Source: Mammaliicoccus sp. Dog046 (GTDB lineage Bacteria > Bacillota > Bacilli > Staphylococcales > Staphylococcaceae). From it: 32,000 nucleotides of DNA. This document shows, piece after piece, positions 17,537-25,826 of this stretch. Position numbers and translations under genes: made by a program. Every line of letters starts with the position of its first letter. Within the stretch, counting starts at the first letter, position 1. The notes under the pieces are model-generated. The model ran no database searches and was not told the origin of the DNA. It worked only from the letters and a program-made list of their open reading frames with translations. The stretch is taken from contig NZ_CP120131.1 in NCBI RefSeq assembly GCF_034039665.1, forward strand, positions 490,206 through 522,205. Reading direction: 5' to 3'.

Positions 17537-17650
17537 TTTGTCGGCATTTTTTTATAAAAAGGATATGTAGAAATAAAAATTGCATGCTATATTGTTACAG
17601 ATGTGTAATTCAGGGTAATTGTATGATAATAATTAAAAGGAGTATATGAT

Positions 17651-18511
17651 ATGTCGAATAGAATATTAGCAATCACTGGTCCGACTTCAGGTATTGGAAA
17701 GAGTACAGTATTAGAATTAGCACATCGTTATGACACACTTATTTTATTATGTAGAAATATAGAGAAGGGTGAACATTTAAAGAAGCTGTTGCTTCTAGAA
17801 CATCAGGATTTAAATGTAGATGTAATTAAATGTGATTTATCGGATTTAGCAAATGTTATGAAAGCTGCTACAAAGGTGATGGATACTTATTCACATGTTG
17901 ATTGTTTAATTAACAATGCTGGTGTCGTTTCTTTAACACGACAAAAGACTGTCGACGGCTATGAGCTTATGTTCGGTACAAATTATTTGGGTCATTTCTT
18001 GTTGACGCATATATTATTTGAGTCGGTTATGAAAAGTGAAGACAAGCAAATTATTATTGTGTCGTCAGGCGCTTATAAGTATGCACATCTTGGACGTCGA
18101 AATTTTAAATATCCATTAAGATTCAATCCAATACAATCATATAGTCGGTCTAAATTAGCGACAATATACTTTATGCAAGAATTACATGAACAATTTCATG
18201 AACATGGATTAAACGTTACAGCTGTACATCCAGGTGCAGTCTCAACAAATTTAGGTAAAACGAAATATAATAAAACTTTTGGAGACATGATTTATAAAGT
18301 TTTTGATCCGATGTTTATTACACCTAAGGAAGGTGCAAAATCCACAATTAAAGTGACGAAAGACCAATGTTTATATAGAGGGCAATATGTTTCAGATGGA
18401 AAAGTAACGCCACTTGTTAACCAAGGATTGAATTATTATGATCGTAAGCGGCTCATTCGTGAAACGTTAGAATCGTTACGATTAAATCAGTTTATGTATT
18501 TATGTGATTAA
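17651..18511 (+). CDS. Short-chain dehydrogenase/reductase (SDR) family oxidoreductase
   Basis: 286 aa. Cofactor motif TGPTSGIGKS, NNAG, and catalytic YSRSK. SD AAGGAG with 8-nt spacing. Confidence 0.9.
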   Translation: MSNRILAITGPTSGIGKSTVLELAHRYDTLILLCRNIEKGEHLKKLLLLEHQDLNVDVIKCDLSDLANVMKAATKVMDTYSHVDCLINNAGVVSLTRQKTVDGYELMFGTNYLGHFLLTHILFESVMKSEDKQIIIVSSGAYKYAHLGRRNFKYPLRFNPIQSYSRSKLATIYFMQELHEQFHEHGLNVTAVHPGAVSTNLGKTKYNKTFGDMIYKVFDPMFITPKEGAKSTIKVTKDQCLYRGQYVSDGKVTPLVNQGLNYYDRKRLIRETLESLRLNQFMYLCD

Positions 18512-18634
18512 AAACCAAAATGAATACGTTTACATTCGATGTTCAGTATGCTAATTATTGTTTTATTTTAAATTAAATTTTATAATAGTTGATATTGTAA
18601 GAATATTTCCAATATTAATTAAAGGATGAGGATT

Positions 18635-19477
18635 ATGAGCGAGCATTATATATTATTAGCTGATTGTAAAGATGAAATCGGAATTACGTCATTGATTTCA
18701 ACAATCATTAAAGATACACATTCAAATATATTCCACTTGGATCATTATACAGATGTACAAGAGAATGAAAATCATTTATATCTTCGTATTGAGTTTGATA
18801 AGAATGAACAAGTGAAACCATTGTTAGAGAAAGAATTAAGTAATAAACAAATTAACTATCAAATATTTGATGCAGAAGAAAAAGTAAAAACAGCACTACT
18901 TGTGTCAAAAGAAGATCATGCATTGAGTGAAATTATTTTACGTGCGAATCGTCAAGAATTCCCAATTGAAATTAGTTGTGTGATTAGTAATCACGAGAAC
19001 AATCGTAAGTTTGTAGAAGACATGGGCATTCCGTTCCATTATATAAAAGTAACTAAAGATACAAAACGTGAAAGCGAAGATGAAATTACGCGAATTAGTG
19101 AATCATATAATGTCGATTTACTCGTACTCGCAAAATATATGCAAATTTTATCTGAAACGTTTGTTGAAAGACATCATTTGAAGATTATTAATATTCATCA
19201 TTCGTTCTTACCTTCATTTATAGGCGCAAATCCTTATAAACAAGCTTACACGAGAGGTGTTAAGTTAATAGGGGCAACGAGTCACTATGTTACTGAAGAT
19301 TTAGATGCAGGTCCGATTATTGAACAAGATGTTGTCAGAGTGAACCACAGATACTCTGCACAAGATATGAGACAGTCAGGTAGACATGTCGAATCACATG
19401 TATTAGCGAGAGCTGTACAGTGGCATTGTGAACATAAAATTATTGTTAACGGGAATAAGACAGTTGTCTTTTCATAA
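18635..19477 (+). CDS. purU: Formyltetrahydrofolate deformylase
   Basis: ATG 18635 preferred (the track starts at 18626). N-terminal ACT-like domain plus a formyltransferase core with INIHHSFLPSFIGANPY and HYVTEDLDAGPII. Confidence 0.9.
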   Translation: MSEHYILLADCKDEIGITSLISTIIKDTHSNIFHLDHYTDVQENENHLYLRIEFDKNEQVKPLLEKELSNKQINYQIFDAEEKVKTALLVSKEDHALSEIILRANRQEFPIEISCVISNHENNRKFVEDMGIPFHYIKVTKDTKRESEDEITRISESYNVDLLVLAKYMQILSETFVERHHLKIINIHHSFLPSFIGANPYKQAYTRGVKLIGATSHYVTEDLDAGPIIEQDVVRVNHRYSAQDMRQSGRHVESHVLARAVQWHCEHKIIVNGNKTVVFS

Positions 19478-19482
19478 GTGAT

Positions 19483-19519
19483 TTAAGGCTGAGACGCATA
19501 CATCTCAGCCTTAATTTTT
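19483..19519 (+). terminator. Rho-independent terminator of purU
   Basis: AAGGCTGAGA (19485-19494) pairs with TCTCAGCCTT (19503-19512), followed by AATTTTT. Confidence 0.75.
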
Positions 19520-19554
19520 CTAAAGATTAAAATGTAGTAGGTGGTGTAATTCCT

Positions 19555-20499
19555 ATGATTAATACATATTATGTTAATTTAAATAATGAAGTTAAAGCAG
19601 TATCATCACCATATGACATTACAGAAGATAAAAAATGGATATGGGTAGATTTAAATGAGCCTTCAGAGGACGAAGCAAAAGTATTAGAAGAGTATTTTAA
19701 ATTTCATCCGTTAACGATTGATGACGCAACAGTTGTTCAACAAAGACCGAAGTTTAAACAATATGAGGATTACCAATTTATTGTCTTCTATGCATTGGAT
19801 TTAAAGACACTTGAATCTGAAGAGATTGATATATTTATAGGTGAGGATTATATCGTTACTTATCATAAAGAACGATTTGAAGAAATTGATACGATTGTTA
19901 GAAAGTTATTGAATCAATCTATTCAATTCAATGAACCAAAAGATATATTATTAAATATTTTAGATGATATCGTGGATAATTATTTTCCGTTTATTTATGA
20001 TATTGAAGACAAAGTATTTAATTTTGAAGATCGTCATAATGTAGATATTTCTACAAAGAACTTAATCGATGACACATTTGATTTAAGACAAGAACTTTTA
20101 TTGATTAAACGAACTGTGCAACCGATGAAAGATTTGGTTTATCGCATGAGAGAAGGTAAAGTACTTCAACTACAAGAGCAACAATTGTTATATTTGACGC
20201 ACATTTATGATCATTTGATGAAACAAATGGAGATGGTAGATGCCTCGAGAGAAATGACTAGTGACATAAGAGATAATTATATTTCTCTAAATTCGTTTAA
20301 GATGAATAATATTATGAAAATATTAACGATTTATTCCGTTGTATTTATGCCATTAACACTTATAGCAGGTATATACGGTATGAACTTTACCAATATGCCG
20401 GAGTTGAGTTGGCACTATGCATATTATGTCGTACTTGTTATTATGATTGTAATCGCATTAATTATGTTAACAATATTTAAAAAGAAAAAGTGGTTTTAA
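19555..20499 (+). CDS. corA: Magnesium/cobalt transporter CorA
   Basis: 314 aa. C-terminal two TM with the YGMNF signature. SD GGTGGTG. Confidence 0.95.
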   Translation: MINTYYVNLNNEVKAVSSPYDITEDKKWIWVDLNEPSEDEAKVLEEYFKFHPLTIDDATVVQQRPKFKQYEDYQFIVFYALDLKTLESEEIDIFIGEDYIVTYHKERFEEIDTIVRKLLNQSIQFNEPKDILLNILDDIVDNYFPFIYDIEDKVFNFEDRHNVDISTKNLIDDTFDLRQELLLIKRTVQPMKDLVYRMREGKVLQLQEQQLLYLTHIYDHLMKQMEMVDASREMTSDIRDNYISLNSFKMNNIMKILTIYSVVFMPLTLIAGIYGMNFTNMPELSWHYAYYVVLVIMIVIALIMLTIFKKKKWF

Positions 20500-20526
20500 C
20501 GATAATTAGAAAGGTGAGTGGAAGAA

Positions 20527-21396
20527 GTGAAACTTTTTGGAGCTATAGAAGCGGGCGGAACAAAATTTGTGTGTGCAGTAGGTGATGAAGATTTATCAGT
20601 TAAGGAGCGTATAACGATACCAACAACTGAACCATCTGAGACGATGCCTCAAGTCATTGAATTTTTTAAGAAATATGAAGTTGATAGTATTGGGATTGGT
20701 TCATTTGGTCCTATAGATATAAATAAGGATTCAGATACATACGGCTTTATCACAACAACACCAAAGACTGCTTGGAAACATTTCGACCTTGTAGGTACAA
20801 TTAAGCAACATTTTGATATTCCAGTAGCTTTTACAACTGATGTTAATACGTCGTTATATGGAGAATTTAAAAAAGGTATCGCTAAAGATAACCGTTCAGC
20901 AGTGTATTATACAATTGGAACTGGTATCGGTGGTGGCGCTATGATTGATGGACAATTTGTACAAGGATTGAGCCATCCTGAAATGGGACATACATCAGTA
21001 CATATACATCCAGATGATCAACAATTTGATGGAAACTGTCCATATCATGGTACTTGCCTTGAAGGCTTGGCATCAGGACCAGCAATTGAAAAGAGAGCAG
21101 GCAAATCAGCGAAAGACATACCTGAAACAGCTAAAGATTGGGATATCGTTGCGTATTATATTGCGCAAGCAGCATTTAATACAACATTGATGTTATCGCC
21201 TGAAAAAATCATTTTTGGAGGCGGTGTGATGCATCAAACACATTTACTTGAAAAGGTACACCAACAATTTACGTTATTAAATAATGATTATATTAAATTA
21301 CCACCTGTTGATACGTATATTGTTACACCGAGCTTGAATGATGACCAAGGGATTATTGGTTGTTTAGCACTCGCGCGAGATGAATTCAACAATTAA
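20527..21396 (+). CDS. ROK family fructokinase
   Basis: GTG 20527 preferred (MKLFGAIEAGGTKF...); the track's GTG at 20518 abuts the SD. ATP-binding motif EAGGTKF and zinc motif HPEMGH...CPYHGTCLEG. Confidence 0.85.
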   Translation: MKLFGAIEAGGTKFVCAVGDEDLSVKERITIPTTEPSETMPQVIEFFKKYEVDSIGIGSFGPIDINKDSDTYGFITTTPKTAWKHFDLVGTIKQHFDIPVAFTTDVNTSLYGEFKKGIAKDNRSAVYYTIGTGIGGGAMIDGQFVQGLSHPEMGHTSVHIHPDDQQFDGNCPYHGTCLEGLASGPAIEKRAGKSAKDIPETAKDWDIVAYYIAQAAFNTTLMLSPEKIIFGGGVMHQTHLLEKVHQQFTLLNNDYIKLPPVDTYIVTPSLNDDQGIIGCLALARDEFNN

Positions 21397-21409
21397 AGTA
21401 GGTGCTTAT

Positions 21410-21973
21410 ATGGATAGATTATTAGTTACATTAGGGGAAAACCAATATTTAGAAACAGAGCGATTGATATTAAGACCTGTTACATTAGAAGATACAGAAG
21501 ATTTGTTTGAATATGCTTCTGATGTAGAGAACACTTCACATGTATTTCCTACACATCAATCTATAGAAGAAACGAAAGAAGTCATCGCAAACTTCTATTT
21601 AAATTCACCGCTCGGTAAATATGGAATCGTATTAAAGGAAAATAATAAATTTATTGGATCGATAGATTTAAGAGTAGAAAGTGAACATAAGCGAGCAGAA
21701 ATCGGTTATGCATTGAATTTATCGTATACAGGAAAAGGTTATATGACAGAAGCAGGTACAAAAATATTGTCATTGGCTTTTGATAAATTGAATCTAAATC
21801 AAGTCAAAGCCGTTCATAGTACGATAAATCCTAAGTCAGGCGAAGTGATGAAACGTTTAGGTATGAAGAAGGTCGGTGTGATGCCTAAAAATAGAATTCA
21901 TAAAGAAAGAATCGTCGACGATGCCATATACGCAATTACTGATACAGAATTTCAAAATATAAATAGTAAGTAA
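21410..21973 (+). CDS. GNAT family N-acetyltransferase (RimJ/RimL-like)
   Basis: ATG 21410 preferred (SD AGGTG); the track starts at 21380, inside the kinase gene. TERLILRPVTLED...IGYALNLSYTGKGYMTEA is typical of the RimJ/L subgroup. Confidence 0.9.
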   Translation: MDRLLVTLGENQYLETERLILRPVTLEDTEDLFEYASDVENTSHVFPTHQSIEETKEVIANFYLNSPLGKYGIVLKENNKFIGSIDLRVESEHKRAEIGYALNLSYTGKGYMTEAGTKILSLAFDKLNLNQVKAVHSTINPKSGEVMKRLGMKKVGVMPKNRIHKERIVDDAIYAITDTEFQNINSK

Positions 21974-22015
21974 TGAGAGAAGTAGGATAGTGAGTTTTAG
22001 AGTGTCTGTTGTGTG

Positions 22016-22410
22016 GTTCTAAGGGACAGAATTCATAGTATTGTCCGTTACGCCGTTCTAAGGGACAGAATTCCAGATTATGTCCGTTACGCGGTTCTAA
22101 GGGACAGAATTCCAGATTATGTCCGTTACACGGTTCTAAGGGACAAAATTCCAAATTATGTCCGTTACGTGGTTCTAAGGGACAGAATTCAGAGTATTGT
22201 CCGTTACGCCGTTCTAAGGGACAGAATTCCAGATTATGTCCGTTACGCGGTTCTAAAGGACAAAATTCCAGATTCTGTCCGTTACACGGTTCTAAGGGAC
22301 AAAATTCCAGATTCTGTCCGTTACAGCATTCTAACGGTCATAATTCAGAATACTGACACTTACGGAACCTATAACAGTCACAATCCGAATTCTGTTCCAT
22401 CACTTACACT
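22016..22410. repeat. Tandem array 5: 8 conserved plus about 2 decayed units of 39 bp
   Basis: GTTCTAAGGGACAGAATTCCAGATTATGTCCGTTACGCG-type units start at 22016, 22055, 22094, 22133, 22172, 22211, 22250 and 22289. Degenerate copies follow from 22328. Confidence 0.9.
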
Positions 22411-22449
22411 AATCTAACAACTATAACGCGTACTATTTTCACTATAATG

Positions 22450-22490
22450 AAAAAAACAAGCAGCTCATTGAGCTGCTTGTTTTCTTTTTA
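22450..22490. terminator. Bidirectional terminator (GNAT operon / nitroreductase)
   Basis: ACAAGCAGC pairs with GCTGCTTGT within 22456-22480, flanked by A7 and TTTTCTTTTT. Confidence 0.8.
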
Positions 22491-22512
22491 TTAATACTTA
22501 TGCAAATATACT

Positions 22513-23115
22513 TTATTCGAATTTAGCGAATGTTTCAGCTGGTATACGTGATGCGCGATCGTTAGTCATTTCGCCTTTACCTATTGTAATAAGCATTGCT
22601 GGCACTAAGTGATCTTCGATATTAAATTCATCTATTACAGCTTGTTTATTAAATCCTATCATTGGGCATGTTGCAAATCCGGCATTTTCACTTGCAAGCA
22701 TTAGACTCATTGCGAACAATGATGCGCCTCTGACTGCTTCATCTCTTTGATTTGTTGTACTTTCGAAAAATGTATTAACACTTGATATCAAGCCATCTTT
22801 TTTATCAGCTGGGATATGATTATGTTCTATCCAATCATCTGCCACGTCTTCAATTGTTTCGTGTGCCTTTAAATCACCTAAGATGATAAATGTTGCGCTT
22901 GCTTCTTTGACTTTAATTTGTTTATTTGAAGCTTGATATAGTTTTTCTTTTGCTTCATCAGATTGTGCAACAATCACTTTCCATTGTTGTAAATTCCATG
23001 CAGAGGGTGATAGTGCAGCTTGATCTAATAAGTTGTTAATTGTTTCTTTATCTAATTCATATGGTTCATAAGATTTTACAGAACGACGTTGTTCTAAGAC
23101 TTCTTTAAATTCCAT
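22513..23115 (-). CDS. Nitroreductase family protein (NAD(P)H-flavin oxidoreductase-like)
   Basis: 200 aa. N-terminal RRSVKSY and SPSAWNLQQW motifs. SD AGGAGGAAG. Confidence 0.9.
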   Translation of the reverse strand: MEFKEVLEQRRSVKSYEPYELDKETINNLLDQAALSPSAWNLQQWKVIVAQSDEAKEKLYQASNKQIKVKEASATFIILGDLKAHETIEDVADDWIEHNHIPADKKDGLISSVNTFFESTTNQRDEAVRGASLFAMSLMLASENAGFATCPMIGFNKQAVIDEFNIEDHLVPAMLITIGKGEMTNDRASRIPAETFAKFE

Positions 23116-23310
23116 GATGGACTTCCTCCTTTAAATCGATAATGTTATCGTGATATAAACAAGAGAGAATTACAAATATTCTGCTTATTGTTAAAAAGAC
23201 TGCTTGTTACAATCGTTTTAATATAATTTGTTTATAGTTATTTGTTACAATATAAGTAATAAGGTATTTTTGTAAGTTTATATGATTGAATGACTAAAGG
23301 AGCGATGTTC

Positions 23311-24027
23311 ATGATTGATATTCATAATCACTTATTATATGGTTTAGACGATGGTCCGTTGGATGCTGAAAGTATGCTTGAATTAGCAAGAGAAGCCGAA
23401 AAGATAGGTATTACAGATATTGTAGTGACACCGCATTATATCGAACATCGATTTAAAAATAGTGCATCTATTGTGAAAGAGAGAACTGATGAAGTGCAGG
23501 CTCTATTAAATGACAATAAGATTGATATTAAAATATATCCAAGCCAAGAAATTCATATGTTTGGTAAAGAATTAGAGGGACTTCAATCAGGTGAATTACT
23601 GCCTATCACTCAAGGTTCAAAATACGTACTCATTGAATTTCCTTTCTTTTCTGTACCGGATTTTGCAGAAGAGACTTTTGATAAATTGTTTAATGCGGGA
23701 TATCGCCCATTACTTGCGCATCCTGAACGTATCATTCCGATACAAGACAATCCAGAGATACTCTACGATTTAATTGATAGAGGTGCGCTTTGCCAAGTGA
23801 CAGCAGGATCACTTGTGGATCGATATGGACCAGATGCGAAAAGGGTCGCAGATGAACTTCTTAAGAAGGACGCGATTCATATTATAGGAAGCGACGCACA
23901 TAATACGTCGAATAGAAACTTTCACATTCGTGAAGCATATGAATATATTGAGCAACAATTTGGTGAAGAAAAAGTAATACAATTTAAAGAGAATGCACGA
24001 AAAATATTAGAAAACGAAGATATTTAA
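23311..24027 (+). CDS. CpsB/CapC/YwqE-type PHP-domain protein-tyrosine phosphatase
   Basis: ATG 23311 preferred (SD AAGGAG, 9-nt spacing). MIDIHNHLLYGLDDGP...TPHY...AHPER...GSDAHN are the metal-binding motifs of this family. Confidence 0.85.
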   Translation: MIDIHNHLLYGLDDGPLDAESMLELAREAEKIGITDIVVTPHYIEHRFKNSASIVKERTDEVQALLNDNKIDIKIYPSQEIHMFGKELEGLQSGELLPITQGSKYVLIEFPFFSVPDFAEETFDKLFNAGYRPLLAHPERIIPIQDNPEILYDLIDRGALCQVTAGSLVDRYGPDAKRVADELLKKDAIHIIGSDAHNTSNRNFHIREAYEYIEQQFGEEKVIQFKENARKILENEDI

Positions 24028-24033
24028 TAAACG

Positions 24034-24078
24034 AAAGAAGCGGCTGGGACATAATATATGTCTCAGCCGCTTCTTTTA
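24034..24078. terminator. Bidirectional terminator (GGCTGGGACATAATATATGTCTCAGCC family)
   Basis: GAAGCGGCTGGGACAT (24037-24052) pairs with ATGTCTCAGCCGCTTC (24058-24073). Confidence 0.85.
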
Positions 24079-24089
24079 TCTATAATTAT

Positions 24090-25283
24090 TTATTTTGCTA
24101 CTTCAAGTGTTTCAGTAGATTCTCGTTTATTTATTGTAAACATTAATGCACTAGCCAATATTACCATTATGAAAGCGAAATATGGAGTAAGTGACAATGT
24201 AAAGTGGTTTAATATAAATCCACCAATGACAGAACCAAATGTGATGCCAAGATTGAATGAAGATATATTTAAACTAGATGCGAAATTCACAGTTTCTTTA
24301 CTGTGTCTTTCAGCAAAAATAACGACGATGAGTTGTAGACCAGGTACATTCATAAACGCAAATAATCCCATTAGTAATATACTGATAAGTCCAAATACAT
24401 GGAGATGTATTGTTAAACCTAAAAGTAATAGTGTTAAAGCTTGTAATAAAAAGATAAACGTAAGTGAGCGTGTTGGGTCATTGTTTGTTAATTTTCCACC
24501 TAATGTGTTGCCGATTGCGACCATTACGCCATATAAAATTAATATAATAACAATGCTATTTGTATCATAACCTAAAATATGTGTGAGTATTTCAGTTAAA
24601 TACGTATAGACAACAAATGTACCGCCATAGCCAAGTGTTGTAATTAAATAAAGCGTCATCAGTGGTTTGTTTTTAAATACGCTAAGTTGTTTTATGATAG
24701 GTGCTTGTTCATACTCTGTTAAGTGTTTAGGTACAAACATAATATTGGCGATTAAGCTAATTAAGCCAATCCCTGCAATCGTATAGAATGACATTTCATA
24801 GCCAAAAGTTTGACCAATCCATGTTCCAAACGGTACACCTGTTATTGTTGCAACTGTTAAACCAGTAAACATCATTGCGATCGCGCTTGAACGTTTGTGT
24901 GGAGGTACTAAGTCAGCTGCAATAGTAGTAGCAATTGACATAAATACACCATGAGCAAATGCGCTCAAGATTCTCATAGCTATAAGAAATGCAAAGGATG
25001 TTGCTACCCCTGCAAATATATTGGCGATAATAAATACGACCATAATGAGAATAAGTACTGTCTTTCTTTTAAAACGATTTGTTAAAGGGGTTAAAATCGG
25101 TGCTCCAAATGCTCCACCAATCGCGTATAAGGATACGGTTAAACTTGCAATTGGAATAGTGACATCAAAAGAATCTTTAATTAATGGTAAAAGTCCGACA
25201 CTTATAAATTCTGCAGAGCCGATAGCGAATGCTGAAATGGCGAGAGAAATAAGTGCGAGTTGATTTGAAATATTAGTTTTCAT
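24090..25283 (-). CDS. MFS transporter, DHA1-like (AraJ/YdhP/PbuE-type), 12 TM
   Basis: 397 aa. N-terminal LAISAFAIGSAEFISVGLLPLI pattern. Divergent from an HxlR regulator. Confidence 0.85.
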   Translation of the reverse strand: MKTNISNQLALISLAISAFAIGSAEFISVGLLPLIKDSFDVTIPIASLTVSLYAIGGAFGAPILTPLTNRFKRKTVLILIMVVFIIANIFAGVATSFAFLIAMRILSAFAHGVFMSIATTIAADLVPPHKRSSAIAMMFTGLTVATITGVPFGTWIGQTFGYEMSFYTIAGIGLISLIANIMFVPKHLTEYEQAPIIKQLSVFKNKPLMTLYLITTLGYGGTFVVYTYLTEILTHILGYDTNSIVIILILYGVMVAIGNTLGGKLTNNDPTRSLTFIFLLQALTLLLLGLTIHLHVFGLISILLMGLFAFMNVPGLQLIVVIFAERHSKETVNFASSLNISSFNLGITFGSVIGGFILNHFTLSLTPYFAFIMVILASALMFTINKRESTETLEVAK

Positions 25284-25347
25284 CTGTAAATTTCCTTTCC
25301 TTGTTATATGATATGTGTTATTTTATATCTTAAGTAATCAAATAGGA

Positions 25348-25386
25348 AGTACGTACTTTAATGTCATATAGGTACTAAAAAGTACC
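25348..25386. promoter_or_regulatory. Candidate HxlR operator(s): two GTAC-centred palindromes
   Basis: AGTACGTACT (25348-25357, perfect 10-bp palindrome) and GGTACT-AAAA-AGTACC (25371-25386), in the 118-bp divergent region. Confidence 0.35.
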
Positions 25387-25401
25387 CTTAGGAGGAATAT
25401 T

Positions 25402-25773
25402 ATGAATGGAACGCAATATCATATTGGAGTAGAAGCTACGATTGATGTAATAGGTGGGAAGTGGAAACCAGTCATTTTATGTCATTTGAAGCATGGGAAA
25501 ATGAGAACGTCAGAATTAAAAAAAGCTATACCACAGATTACTCAGAAAATGTTGACGCAACAATTGAGAGAATTAGAAAAAGACCAAATTATCAATAGAA
25601 TTGTCTATCAACAAGTACCTCCAAAAGTAGAATATGAAATTTCTGAATATGGAAGCACGTTGAATCTTTTATTAGAGCATCTATGTAAATGGGGAGAATT
25701 ACATGTTCAAAAACGAAAAGAAAACGGAGAAGAGGTTGAATTAAATTCAGTTGAATTTATAGATGTTGTTTAA
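25402..25773 (+). CDS. HxlR family winged-helix transcriptional regulator
   Basis: 123 aa. IGGKWKPVILCHL...RTSELKKAIPQITQKMLTQQLRELEKDQII...VPPKVEYEISEYG is the canonical HxlR pattern. Confidence 0.9.
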   Translation: MNGTQYHIGVEATIDVIGGKWKPVILCHLKHGKMRTSELKKAIPQITQKMLTQQLRELEKDQIINRIVYQQVPPKVEYEISEYGSTLNLLLEHLCKWGELHVQKRKENGEEVELNSVEFIDVV

Positions 25774-25787
25774 AAATTAAAATGAAT

Positions 25788-25826
25788 AAAAAGAAGGAAA
25801 ATGAGTAATCATTTTCCTTCTTTTTA
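25788..25826. terminator. Bidirectional terminator (HxlR / iadA)
   Basis: AAGAAGGAAAATGA (25791-25804) pairs with TCATTTTCCTTCTT (25809-25822). Overlaps the iadA stop. Confidence 0.8.

Noticed and set aside
17321-17649. Small ORFs inside the 130-bp units (MRNEHANEIVLGNNPVRKSNEIESKNNLV..., consecutive copies overlapping by ATGA) and track ORF 17452..17649
   Set aside because: There is no SD. The frame is intact only in units 3-5, while the equivalent ATG in units 1-2 hits a stop after about 10 codons. The ATGA overlap is a by-product of the 131-bp period.
21936-22417. ORFs 22013..22417 (+) 134 aa (VLRDRIPDYVRYA repeats) and 21936..22154 (-) 72 aa
   Set aside because: The 39-bp period equals 13 codons, which keeps frames open on both strands. 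There is no SD before the GTG. Differences between units are not biased to synonymous positions.
24058-24570. 170-aa plus-strand ORF starting inside the terminator hairpin and running antisense to the MFS gene
   Set aside because: Its ATG is part of the terminator stem (ATGTCTCAGCC) and has no SD. It is fully antisense to a well-supported 12-TM transporter gene. The same reasoning applies to 25021..25263.
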